Assembly (NCBI GenBank): GCA_048938005.1
Contig: JBHLMQ010000002.1
Coordinates: 96,001 to 160,000, forward strand
Reading direction: 5' to 3'
DNA length: 64,000 nt
Origin: Promethearchaeota archaeon
GTDB taxonomy: Archaea; Asgardarchaeota; Lokiarchaeia; Sigyniarchaeales; SOKP01
The notes beneath the pieces were generated by a model, which saw nothing but the letters and a program-made list of their open reading frames with translations, ran no database searches and had not been told where the DNA came from. The position numbers were made by a program, and so were the translations under genes. Shown here piece after piece: positions 41,088 to 50,757 of this stretch (its first letter is position 1; each line of letters begins with the position of its first letter).

Positions 41088-42038
41088 ATGCCATTACAAC
41101 CAGAAAACATTCTAAAATATTTAATGGATGAATCAGACACTAAAATTAATTCAGAATTAATTGATATATTAAGGAAAAGAATTGACAAGTTGTGCTTTGA
41201 GGAGTGCCAAGTCGATAGGATTCTCTGTACATTATCACCCCTCTGTGAAAAAAGGCATCTTTTAAAATTACGTATTAAAAGCGGCCTTAACATGGAGGAT
41301 TTGCCTCAGTTTTGTTATAGTGTCCATAAAGGAGTTATTGAGAGGTATTTCAGGAACAAAACGATTATTTATAGACCATATGATGCATATCTATATTTAA
41401 TTGATTTTTTAGATGTATTTTTTCATGGAGATTATCGTAAATTAAATAAATTTTTCTCCCTTAATAAATGGGAAGAAATCTTTAAGATTTTTGACGATAG
41501 GATCCATAATAGGAATGAAAATTTTGATTATCTTAAAACAGATAATTATTTTATTTTCAAATTTGAAGATCGTATTCATGTTGTCTTTTTAAATGAAAAA
41601 TATGTTCTTTGTAATGCGAATCGTGAAAACATCACGAGTATTGAGTTATTAAACAGTATTTGCCAACTCTATGCTAAAATCTACTTTCCTGAAGTAAATT
41701 TGCAATTAATCTCTTCTAAATATATCGAAATTGCTCTTAAAGTTCCTTATGATGTATTAACAAAAATATCAGAAGAACCCTCCAAAAATGATTCCAAAGC
41801 AGATAAATATTTTTGGAATACTTTTTGGGAAGATCTTAATGCTTTAACCCAATACTGTGATCAAATTAACTTACATGAGGATAAAAACCAAAATTTAGAA
41901 ATAATTTTATATGTAAGTACTTTAACTAATAATTATACTGAAAGAGGAAATAGGTTAAAATTAAGATTTAGAGACTTAAGATTAATCTTTAATTTTATAA
42001 CTCGAATTTATACCGAATATTATGTAATTTGGATATAA
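41088..42038 (+). CDS. Hypothetical protein with N-terminal Cys cluster
   Basis: 316-aa ORF; CFEEC..C..LC. Confidence 0.7.
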   Translation: MPLQPENILKYLMDESDTKINSELIDILRKRIDKLCFEECQVDRILCTLSPLCEKRHLLKLRIKSGLNMEDLPQFCYSVHKGVIERYFRNKTIIYRPYDAYLYLIDFLDVFFHGDYRKLNKFFSLNKWEEIFKIFDDRIHNRNENFDYLKTDNYFIFKFEDRIHVVFLNEKYVLCNANRENITSIELLNSICQLYAKIYFPEVNLQLISSKYIEIALKVPYDVLTKISEEPSKNDSKADKYFWNTFWEDLNALTQYCDQINLHEDKNQNLEIILYVSTLTNNYTERGNRLKLRFRDLRLIFNFITRIYTEYYVIWI

Positions 42039-42070
42039 TTGAATAAGAATTAAAAAAGTGTGTTTGTAAG

Positions 42071-43306
42071 ATGAATGATACTGAAAAAGAAGCCATAGAA
42101 ATTAGTCAAATAAAAGATTTTGTAAATGATGGGAGATTTGACGATGCCGTACAGATTATTGCATTATATATTGGAGATGCTCTTGAAAGCGAATATTTAG
42201 ATAGACTTGAAAATGTAATAGAAACCCTTTTGACCTTACATGGCGGGCGTACTGTATTACGGTTTTTAATAGAAAATCTTATAATTGATATCCCATCTTT
42301 GTTGGAAAACCTGTCGAACCGAGATCCTGTTTTGCGATTCACGTTTTTATTACTCCTAAAAACGATTTGTGAAAAAGAATGTGATCTCTTTCTTCCGTAT
42401 AGTGAAGATTTGGTGAATTCAGAAGATCCTAATGTTCGAGAAGCTGCTTTACAATTATTAATTTATATGGCCGGTGGAGAGGCAATAATAGATGATGACA
42501 CTCTTATTAAAACCATATTAATAAAACTAAGTGATGAAAAAGATTTCGTAGCAGAAAAAGCAATTCAAGCTTTAAAAACTATTGGAATGAAATCTCCCAA
42601 ATTAATGACAAAAATTCTGACTGATTACGCTAAAGAGATTTCTGAGATGCCTGAAAATGAAGAATTAATAAATTCTATAGATCAAATTTTAAAATCAATT
42701 GTTACTGTTGATAAAATTGAAGAAATTGTGGAAGAAGAAATTGAACGGTCTGAAGTAGAAGAGAAGGAATATTTGGGAAAAGAGAAATCAGAAATATTGG
42801 ATAAAGAATTTGAGCTTAAAAAGAAAGAATTAGAGATTAAGAAAAGAAAATTAGAAATAGAAGAAAAAGAGAAAGAAATTGAAGAAAAAGTAATTCAAAA
42901 GAAAGAAGAAGTTTTAAAGCTTAAAAAAGAAATTTTAGAAAAGGAGGGCGAAATAGGGGAAGAAATTGAAAAAAAAATCCCTAAAAAACTCAAGAAAAAG
43001 GAAGAAGAAATAATTGATAAAGAAATTGAATTAAAAAAGAAAGACTTAGAAATAAAGAAAAAGAAATTAGAGCTAGACGAAAAAGAGAAGGAATTGGAAG
43101 AAAAAGAGATTCTAGAGAGAGAAAAGGCATTAAAATTGAAAGAAGAGTTAATAGAAAAGGAAAAAGAATTATCTCTAGTTGAATTAGAACTAAAACAAAA
43201 ATCTATTCAAGAAAAAGAACAGGAAATTAAAAAAGAGGAATTAAAAAGAGTTGAAAAAGAGCTTGAAAAAATAAAAGAAAAAGAACAACATAATGATGAA
43301 AATTAA
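42071..43306 (+). CDS. HEAT-repeat protein with long E/K coiled-coil tail
   Basis: DPVLR, EDPNVREAA, DEKDFVAEKAIQAL; charged C-terminal half. Confidence 0.8.
   Translation: MNDTEKEAIEISQIKDFVNDGRFDDAVQIIALYIGDALESEYLDRLENVIETLLTLHGGRTVLRFLIENLIIDIPSLLENLSNRDPVLRFTFLLLLKTICEKECDLFLPYSEDLVNSEDPNVREAALQLLIYMAGGEAIIDDDTLIKTILIKLSDEKDFVAEKAIQALKTIGMKSPKLMTKILTDYAKEISEMPENEELINSIDQILKSIVTVDKIEEIVEEEIERSEVEEKEYLGKEKSEILDKEFELKKKELEIKKRKLEIEEKEKEIEEKVIQKKEEVLKLKKEILEKEGEIGEEIEKKIPKKLKKKEEEIIDKEIELKKKDLEIKKKKLELDEKEKELEEKEILEREKALKLKEELIEKEKELSLVELELKQKSIQEKEQEIKKEELKRVEKELEKIKEKEQHNDEN
42791..43175 (+). repeat. Internal duplication of coiled-coil segment (216-nt / 72-aa period)
   Basis: EILDKEFELKKKELEIKKRKLE.. 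at 42791 vs EIIDKEIELKKKDLEIKKKKLE.. at 43007. Confidence 0.75.
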
Positions 43307-44352
43307 TCATTTTCCTCTCCTTCTTCTTCAAATTCTCTACTTGATTCTGGTTTATTCTCACTAATTGGGGTAGTATGCAACCTTCTTACCAATTTTCTAA
43401 TTTCTTCTATTTTCATACTCTCAGGTGGCAAACTAAGCTGGATTTTTTTTGCAAGATCGTAAGCTAATTCAATATATTGTAGATCTTCGAGAAATTCTAT
43501 GATCTGGATTTTATAATCTATATCATCTGCACCTTCACTGTATTCCATCAATTTTTCCTTAAGTAAAATATCAATTTTATCAGATCTTTCAGACCCTTTA
43601 ACCGCCTTTACAAGCATTTTAAAGGAATTCATAATGTTATACATTTCGGATTTAGCATAGCTATCAATGTTTTTTAATACATAGAAGATGTAGAGCTCTG
43701 CTTTTTCCCATCTATTGAACTTTAAACTAGCCTCCACTAATGCTAATAAAGCCTGTTCATAGAGAAATTTACTTTCAATATTTGGAATAATTTTTTCGAA
43801 AATCCAATCAAGTAGATTTGGTTGGTTAAACTTATCAATTATATCGATTAAGAACTTTTCCACTGCAAAATATAATTTTGCATTTTCAGTCTTCGTTGAA
43901 GAAAGAAAAGAAACAAGAGCATATTTAACACGTCCCATAGCGTCCTCTAAATTGAGAGGTGTCTCGCCAAATTTATAAAAAGCAGATTCTAGAATAGGAA
44001 TGATTTTATCTTTGGCATCAAAATCATAAATAAAGTATTCACCCCAAGCAGGACTTGGACCCGTAACTTTCTTAACGGAAGCTATTTTATTTTCTCCCAC
44101 TGCACTTTTAACTCTTAATGCTGTAGGTTTTTTTGCTTTTAATTTTTCAGTTAATTCTTTAACTTGCACATCAGATAAAAACTCCAGAATTATTTTGTCT
44201 TTTTCTTTTGGGACAAACAATCTGAAATATACATCAGTATCATCCTCAAATAATAATTCCCTTAAGTCTTTTGGAAAGGTGATTCCTGTTTTAGTTTTCT
44301 TTACTATCTCTTCAAAAAACGGTTGATCATCGGAATTCTGATTTTCTTCCAT
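43303..44352 (-). CDS. Hypothetical protein: AbrB-like N-terminus + alpha-solenoid
   Basis: GITFPKDLRELL resembles AbrB/MazE; helical TPR-like C-terminus. Confidence 0.6.
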   Translation of the reverse strand: MEENQNSDDQPFFEEIVKKTKTGITFPKDLRELLFEDDTDVYFRLFVPKEKDKIILEFLSDVQVKELTEKLKAKKPTALRVKSAVGENKIASVKKVTGPSPAWGEYFIYDFDAKDKIIPILESAFYKFGETPLNLEDAMGRVKYALVSFLSSTKTENAKLYFAVEKFLIDIIDKFNQPNLLDWIFEKIIPNIESKFLYEQALLALVEASLKFNRWEKAELYIFYVLKNIDSYAKSEMYNIMNSFKMLVKAVKGSERSDKIDILLKEKLMEYSEGADDIDYKIQIIEFLEDLQYIELAYDLAKKIQLSLPPESMKIEEIRKLVRRLHTTPISENKPESSREFEEEGEEND

Positions 44353-44435
44353 ATGTATATTATTTTAATTATCCTTTTAAAATTCATTATTGAGGATTTA
44401 AGAATAATTTCTTAAGCTTTTAGAATTAGGATTTT

Positions 44436-45038
44436 TTAACCACTTATATTAACTAATTCCACACCACGTTGTTGATAGTCCTGATCAATAAAGCAGAGAA
44501 TGGCATGGCCTTTATGATTATATACTATAGGAACGGGATAGGATTCTGCGTTCTCAATGAAACTTTTTTTAACAAACAAAGGGAGAATTTTATTACATAC
44601 TCTGCATTCTACATGAATTTTCATAATTAAATCTAAATCTGCAAAATTCTTTATGATATCTTCAATAACTTCCTTAAATCCATTAAAAATACTGGGGCTA
44701 AAATTACCATATGATAATATTACCGCTACATCGTATATTTCATTAAATTTTAAATCAACATATTCCAATAATGCTTCCAATAATTGATATTGTACTTTTG
44801 GACTTGCCCCTATTGTATATATTAAATTATGTTTTCGGATATATACAAGTTTCATGTTTCCCTTATCTCTATGAAAAAAAATGTTACTAATAGGATTTTC
44901 TTTAACAATATTTAAATCTAAATCAAATCTTCTAAATGATCTTTCCGGTTTCCACTCAAACAAAGTAAATTTTTCATTACTAATATTAATAAATTCAAGA
45001 AACTCCGCAATATTTTTATAGACTGGCATTAAATTCAA
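44436..45038 (-). CDS. Hypothetical protein, possible longin-like domain + CxxC/His domain
   Basis: CRVC..YPVPIVYNHKGHAILCFID..RGVE C-terminus. Confidence 0.6.
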   Translation of the reverse strand: MNLMPVYKNIAEFLEFINISNEKFTLFEWKPERSFRRFDLDLNIVKENPISNIFFHRDKGNMKLVYIRKHNLIYTIGASPKVQYQLLEALLEYVDLKFNEIYDVAVILSYGNFSPSIFNGFKEVIEDIIKNFADLDLIMKIHVECRVCNKILPLFVKKSFIENAESYPVPIVYNHKGHAILCFIDQDYQQRGVELVNISG

Positions 45039-45193
45039 ATCAATTTGATTTAATTTCTATAAATTTAAATTCTGTTTTATAATAGATTATATCCTTATAA
45101 TTACATAATTGATACTTTAACCAATTAATAGGACTTCTCATATTTATATCTTAATTATAGAAAAAATAATTATGAATTGAATTATTTAGTTGT

Positions 45194-46030
45194 ATGATGA
45201 GTTTTGCTTATACAAATGGAATAAAAATTTCTTATGAAGTTAGTGGAAGTGGATTTCCAGTAATACTTATCCATGGATTTGGTTCAAAAAAGGAAATTTG
45301 GAGGCCCCAGGTTATAGATTTTAGTAAAAAATTTAAAGCAATTACATTTGACCTAAGAGGAACTGGGAAAACTGATAGACCAAATTATCCTTATACTATG
45401 GGAATGTTTGCCGATGACATAAAAGGTCTAATGGATTACCTACAAATTGAATCAACTCACCTCATTGGTAGGTCATTAGGTGGAATGATTGCTCAGAATT
45501 TTGTTTTAAAATATCCTCAATATGTGAAAAAACTTGTGTTAATAGCAACTAATGCAAAATTTGATGATGAAGCTACAATTGACTTAATTATAGAGAATAG
45601 GATAAAGAATATTGAATTATTAAAGAAGGATCCAGATAAGGCATTTTGGAATAATTCAAGGTTTTTATACCATCAAAAATTTAGGCAAGAACTCAAACGA
45701 AATCCTAAAAAGAAATTCTATGGAGCTTTTTCTCTAGAAGACCTAATAGAAGAAAGTAAAATATATCCATCCAGACCTCAAGATATTAAAAATCAAGGAA
45801 GTGCAATGAAATTACATAGTGCATTTAATCGTTTAAATGAAATAAAAAGTGAGACACTATTAATTGCTGCTTCTCATGATAGGCTCATCCCTAAATCATC
45901 TATGGATGAAATTCATAAAAGGATTCCAAATAGCAAATTTAAAGTAATTGAAAATGCAGGTCATTTTATGACTTTATCAAAAGCACCTGAGATTAATAAA
46001 TTAATTTTAGACTTCTTAAAAAGTGAATAA
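45194..46030 (+). CDS. Alpha/beta hydrolase
   Basis: IHGFG, DLRGTG, GRSLGG, D, AGH. Confidence 0.92.
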   Translation: MMSFAYTNGIKISYEVSGSGFPVILIHGFGSKKEIWRPQVIDFSKKFKAITFDLRGTGKTDRPNYPYTMGMFADDIKGLMDYLQIESTHLIGRSLGGMIAQNFVLKYPQYVKKLVLIATNAKFDDEATIDLIIENRIKNIELLKKDPDKAFWNNSRFLYHQKFRQELKRNPKKKFYGAFSLEDLIEESKIYPSRPQDIKNQGSAMKLHSAFNRLNEIKSETLLIAASHDRLIPKSSMDEIHKRIPNSKFKVIENAGHFMTLSKAPEINKLILDFLKSE

Positions 46031-46074
46031 TAATTTGCTTATAATGAAATTAAAATAAAGAGGTTGCATCTTAA

Positions 46075-46917
46075 TTGAATAAAAAAAAGAAAAAAGAAGT
46101 AATTCAATCTTTCCAAGAAACCTATAGAGCTCCTGAATATAAAAATTTATCATTTACTATTATTTTGGTCCAACCTGAACACGCAGGAAATATTGGGTCA
46201 ATAGCACGGATAATGGAAAATTTTGATTTTAATAATCTCGTGATTTTTAACCCAATTGAAAGTGTGGAAAATATTTTAAGTTATGAAACTCAAGGATTTG
46301 CCATGCATGGTAAGGATATTCTTTCTAATGCAGAAATTATAGAAATTAATACACAAGAAAATCATTTACTTGAATTTCAGGATTTTCTCAAAAAATTTGA
46401 TTATATTATCGCAACAACGGCTAAGGGAAAACGATACTCAAATATAAGAAGATTAGCAATTTTTCCTGAAGATTTAAACCTCCCAATATCTAATAAACCT
46501 TTTAAAATTGCTCTTCTATTCGGAAAAGAATCTCGAGGGTTAACTAATGAGGAGATCAGCTTAGCGAATATACTTTTAAGAATTCCAACAAGTAGTGAAT
46601 ATTCCGCATTAAATTTATCTCATGCTTGTGGAATTATTTTATATGAAATATTTAAAAAAGTCAATATTCTAAATATAGGTCGAGGAAAAAATCCAGTTTT
46701 AATTGCTGATCGAGAAGATCGTTTAATGTTATATAATATAGTAGAAAAAGTAATAGAGAAATTAAAAATTCGCTCCTATAAAAAAGAAAATGTATTTTTC
46801 GCATTTAAGAACATATTTGGGCGTAGCTTCATGTCGAAAAAAGAATTGAGCCTCATTTTAGGATTATTCTCTAAAGTTAATTCAATATTAGAAAGTTTAA
46901 ATCTATATGAAAATTAA
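46075..46917 (+). CDS. trmJ: tRNA C32/U32 2'-O-methyltransferase (TrmJ/SPOUT)
   Basis: LVQPEHAGNIGSIARIMENF, FGKESRGLTNEE, LNLSHA. Confidence 0.88.
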   Translation: MNKKKKKEVIQSFQETYRAPEYKNLSFTIILVQPEHAGNIGSIARIMENFDFNNLVIFNPIESVENILSYETQGFAMHGKDILSNAEIIEINTQENHLLEFQDFLKKFDYIIATTAKGKRYSNIRRLAIFPEDLNLPISNKPFKIALLFGKESRGLTNEEISLANILLRIPTSSEYSALNLSHACGIILYEIFKKVNILNIGRGKNPVLIADREDRLMLYNIVEKVIEKLKIRSYKKENVFFAFKNIFGRSFMSKKELSLILGLFSKVNSILESLNLYEN

Positions 46918-47122
46918 ATAAAAAAACTTGAGTGGATAAATGTAGACTCATTCTTATAAAGAATATTTCAATTTCAGCTTATTGTGAGTTTATAATTATA
47001 AAAAAGAATACAAAAGTTATGTAATAGAAAACATAGCTTCTGTCTATTATTTATATTTATTAAAAATAGTACAATACAATTATGGTATTTTTTTATAATT
47101 TCTGTGATATATTAATATCATT

Positions 47123-47587
47123 ATGACGATATCTTATGAAGCCTTTATAAAAAAGTACCAATTAGATGATTTTAAAAAGGGACTAGAACTAAAAGGGCAC
47201 GAAAAAATAAATTTTTACAATGAATTTAATGAGATCTTAAAAATTGTTTGCAGAATTTTTGATAAATTAACAACAATATCCTCTCTTAGAGGGGGTCAAG
47301 TATTAATGAGTTTAGCTAAATTACAGGCATCTGAATCTGTCATTAATAAGACAGATGTTAAAGGGTGTCTTAATATTGATAGGTTAGAGAAATTAATGCA
47401 CGCTTTTGATTATTTAGAAGAACAAAACTATATTAAAATTGAAAGAAAAACTAAAAAATTTCATATTATCAAATTAAATGATAAAGATAATCCAGATTTT
47501 ACATTATTTAAAGAAATTGTTCAAAAATTTTGGACTTCTCCTGAAGAAGATAAAGAAAAAGTAAAAAAATGGGGAGATTTAAAATAA
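47123..47587 (+). CDS. Putative winged-helix protein
   Basis: INKTDVK..KLMHAFDYLEEQNYIKIER..IIKLN. Confidence 0.6.
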   Translation: MTISYEAFIKKYQLDDFKKGLELKGHEKINFYNEFNEILKIVCRIFDKLTTISSLRGGQVLMSLAKLQASESVINKTDVKGCLNIDRLEKLMHAFDYLEEQNYIKIERKTKKFHIIKLNDKDNPDFTLFKEIVQKFWTSPEEDKEKVKKWGDLK

Positions 47588-48468
47588 TTGAATCTACTAA
47601 AACTTCTAAAGAATTAGATTTTGAAGATGATGAGAATATATCAAATTCTTATTATAAAATTAGATCGGAATTTCGTAAAAAAGGGATTAAACAACTCAAA
47701 TATCTACTTACTGTTTTAATGATTCTTGTTATTTATTTTGCCATAATTTATCCAATTTTTCTAATTCCTAATAAAAATGCTGGAATCACTACATTACAGC
47801 CTTCTGATTTCGGTCTAACTATAAATTGGACCTTATTTAGCTTTGGAACTTATTTAATTTTTTATTTTATTAAGATTGTACTTATGAGAGCTACTCCCTC
47901 TCTAAAAAAATATATTAAAAGTGAGATTGAAAATATAGGGTTTAAAACTCAGGAAAAAAGAAAGAGTTGGATTTCATTTTTAGTGTTAAATAGTATTGCT
48001 GTCTTATTATTATTTTTAATGGAGCTTAAGATTATTTATTTTCATAATCTCTTTTTTAACACGCTTTTTAGAGGAATTTTGATAATTTATTTAATAATAA
48101 GCATTATTACTCCGATAATATGGCGGTTTTACTATGATGGGTTAATTGTTCCAATAAAAGGGAATTACCAAGTTTTTCTTAATCCTCATTATAGTATCCG
48201 AAAAAGTAAAGTTAAAGATTATCAGCTTATTGGAATATATTTAACTTCAAATAGGATTGCTTTTAAATTTGATAAATACAAAAAAAGAATATATACAAAA
48301 ATAGCAGGATCTAGATGGCTTCCAAGAAAAAGAAAATCTATAATATCTAAATATGGATTAAGCCCATTCCTACGATTTAATGAATTCTCAACGCCTTTAA
48401 ATTTTCAAAAACAATTCTTAAATATTGTTCTCGCTCTTCAAGAATGGGATATCAAAAAGTCATTGTAA
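47569..48468 (+). CDS. Hypothetical membrane protein (4 TM)
   Basis: Hydrophobic segments; overlaps the upstream gene. Confidence 0.6.
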   Translation: MGRFKIIESTKTSKELDFEDDENISNSYYKIRSEFRKKGIKQLKYLLTVLMILVIYFAIIYPIFLIPNKNAGITTLQPSDFGLTINWTLFSFGTYLIFYFIKIVLMRATPSLKKYIKSEIENIGFKTQEKRKSWISFLVLNSIAVLLLFLMELKIIYFHNLFFNTLFRGILIIYLIISIITPIIWRFYYDGLIVPIKGNYQVFLNPHYSIRKSKVKDYQLIGIYLTSNRIAFKFDKYKKRIYTKIAGSRWLPRKRKSIISKYGLSPFLRFNEFSTPLNFQKQFLNIVLALQEWDIKKSL

Positions 48469-48606
48469 AAATTACTCAAAGAAAAATTAGATGAAAATTT
48501 GCACAAGAGAGCTAATTTACAAAAAATTATGAATTATAATAATCTCCTGAAAAAAGGTTAAATAGCTATTTTTGATACTATTTAATGATCGACAATAATG
48601 TAAAAA

Positions 48607-48906
48607 ATGGGAGTATTTTTGCGAGAAAAAGTTAAAGCAGCAATCTTATTAATTTTTGGATTTTATCTCTTTATTGTTAATCCTGTTATATCACTATTTA
48701 ATCCCGTTAGAATACCATGTATTCCTAATCCTTATGGGCCAGACTGTATTCCATTAGATCCAATAGACTATTTTGAATTATGGTTAGTGCAGTATGGATG
48801 GTATACTATATTAATCGCATTGGGAGGATTATATCTGATTATTTATAGTTTTCGCCATTTTTTAATGAAAAAAGAATTAAATGATTCTAAGGCAACTACA
48901 TTATAG
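48607..48906 (+). CDS. Small 2-TM protein with Cys pair loop
   Basis: PCIPNPYGPDCIP between two TMs. Confidence 0.6.
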   Translation: MGVFLREKVKAAILLIFGFYLFIVNPVISLFNPVRIPCIPNPYGPDCIPLDPIDYFELWLVQYGWYTILIALGGLYLIIYSFRHFLMKKELNDSKATTL

Positions 48907-48920
48907 ATATTATATATAAG

Positions 48921-49616
48921 TTATATGAAAACTTTTTTTTGTAGCCTCACATATTCATTATAATCCAGGAACTCCTTTTCAACATACTCAAAAGCTATTT
49001 CAAATAATTGTCTGAAAAGTTCCTCAGGAAAAGCTTTTTGCCTAAATATTGCTTCATTTATTAATTCTTCAGTCAATATTTGTGAATTAATAGGCTGATG
49101 CCACACCAAAAATTTCATCATTGCCTTTTCTACTCTTGATCTAATGAGATTTTTTATGAAATTTAAACTAATATCTCTTTGCGGATCAATAAAATAAGGA
49201 TAATTCATATCATCCAAGATTTTAATATAATCTAAGGAATTCGTTATTTTCTCTACACAATAATCTAATGAACTTATTGGAAGACCGAATTTCTGACAAA
49301 AATCTTTCTTAGTTTCATGCTCTGGAAACGCGAAAGGATGCCTTGAGATAATATAATATGCTGCAATAAAAAATTTATATAAGTTATGAGGAATTTTCCC
49401 ATTGTTCCTCAAATATTTGTAAATTACCGAAACTGTATCTACCATATAATCTGTGTTGATATCAAATTGTTGTAAGAATTCTTGACCATCTTTTATTAAA
49501 TCGATTGTGATGCGCTCTTTGGTATTAATTTCCTCGTATTGAGGAGTATAGAGTTCTAACATTTCACACACACATTTTATACCTAATTTTAAATGTTGGC
49601 AATATCGGTATGACAT
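48921..49616 (-). CDS. Cyclin-box / TFB-repeat-like protein
   Basis: FFIAAYYIISRH..ETKKDFCQKFGLPISSLDYCVEKI parallels the TFB cyclin repeat. Confidence 0.55.
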   Translation of the reverse strand: MSYRYCQHLKLGIKCVCEMLELYTPQYEEINTKERITIDLIKDGQEFLQQFDINTDYMVDTVSVIYKYLRNNGKIPHNLYKFFIAAYYIISRHPFAFPEHETKKDFCQKFGLPISSLDYCVEKITNSLDYIKILDDMNYPYFIDPQRDISLNFIKNLIRSRVEKAMMKFLVWHQPINSQILTEELINEAIFRQKAFPEELFRQLFEIAFEYVEKEFLDYNEYVRLQKKVFI

Positions 49617-49661
49617 TTCAATATTATTAAGATATTATTCACAGATTTCATATTTAAATGT

Positions 49662-49681
49662 ATGCATCACAATTGATGCAT
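49662..49681. promoter_or_regulatory. Inverted repeat in divergent promoter (candidate operator)
   Basis: ATGCATCA-caat-TGATGCAT. Confidence 0.55.
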
Positions 49682-49764
49682 TTAAGGATCAAAAGTGCAA
49701 ATATTTATATACTTAGAAGATCATTTTTATCTCAGCAATTTAATTTTGTCGGGTTAACATTAAG

Positions 49765-50226
49765 ATGCCATCTGATCCTGAAACTCAAGAGGAAATTGAA
49801 GAAAAACAGAAAAGAATTACTGTTAAACTAGATGGATTTGACCGTAAGGTCGTTAGTAAGATGGCAACAAATAGAAATATATCTTTATCACATACTATGA
49901 GAAATATAGTCCATCAATGGATTGAAGATAATCCCGATTTATTAAAAAATAATTATGGAATTGAAGTAGAAGAAATTTCAGAAGAAATTGCTTTAGAAAC
50001 GGCAAGTATAACATTAAACAAAACTTTAAAGCCATATGAGAGAGATATAATATCAGAATTAGCTCAATTTTTTGAAATGGTAGATGATGTGAGTTTAGAC
50101 GATTTAGCAGACCATTTTGATGTTAGTGTTAAAGCGATTAAAAATATAATTTTTACTCACAGTGAAAAAATCAAGAAAACGGGAATAATCCTTAAATATA
50201 GAGGAGATCGAATTTACAAAGAATGA
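49765..50226 (+). CDS. Ribbon-helix-helix (CopG-like) + HTH DNA-binding protein
   Basis: KRITVKLD..VSKMA..SLSHTMRNIVHQWI; VSLDDLADHFDVS. Confidence 0.7.
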   Translation: MPSDPETQEEIEEKQKRITVKLDGFDRKVVSKMATNRNISLSHTMRNIVHQWIEDNPDLLKNNYGIEVEEISEEIALETASITLNKTLKPYERDIISELAQFFEMVDDVSLDDLADHFDVSVKAIKNIIFTHSEKIKKTGIILKYRGDRIYKE

Positions 50227-50254
50227 AATTATAATAGGAAGTGAAAACAAAAAT

Positions 50255-50524
50255 TTGGAGCCCTTAAAGCTGAAAGGCAGACCATTTGTAGAAACAAAGA
50301 TCAATGAGAAGTCTAATGGTCATTATGATCTGTCAACTATTATTATACCATTTTCTAAGATCTTCAAAGGTAAAAAACAATCAGATATTTATTCAGGAAC
50401 AGAAAGGATTCCATTTAAAGAAAGAGATCCTGAGTATAAAATGATTTTAAGGCAAGAGTTTGCTAATACCTTAAAAGTTGAATTTAAAATTTTTAAACCA
50501 GTTGTAAAATTTCCTTCTTTTTAA
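50255..50524 (+). CDS. Small protein, DIY..PFKERD..IL..EF family (copy 1)
   Basis: Shares motif with 55022 and 55433 ORFs. Confidence 0.7.
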   Translation: MEPLKLKGRPFVETKINEKSNGHYDLSTIIIPFSKIFKGKKQSDIYSGTERIPFKERDPEYKMILRQEFANTLKVEFKIFKPVVKFPSF

Positions 50525-50569
50525 TATCAAACCTAGTTATTCTTTCCAAATGACAACGCGGGTAATTAT

Positions 50570-50626
50570 CGTTAACGTAATATGCTAGCATTAGCATACA
50601 ATTATATGTACTTTATATAAAGTACA
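50570..50626. promoter_or_regulatory. Cluster of palindromes
   Basis: CGTTAACG (50570-77); TATGCTA-gcat-TAGCATA (50581-98); perfect 20-bp TGTACTTTATATAAAGTACA (50607-26). Confidence 0.6.
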
Positions 50627-50757
50627 AAGGTTTGAGGAATTAGAGATTTGCATAAAATATACAAAAATGTTAAATATTAATAAAGAATTAGTTATCATAA
50701 CCTGAGTTTTTGAAGAAATGATAAAATTTCTTTAAAATGAGGAGGTGAAATCTAATA

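Noticed and set aside
42700-43300. E/K-rich tail as a tropomyosin/myosin or intermediate-filament homologue
   Set aside because: Compositional bias alone explains the resemblance
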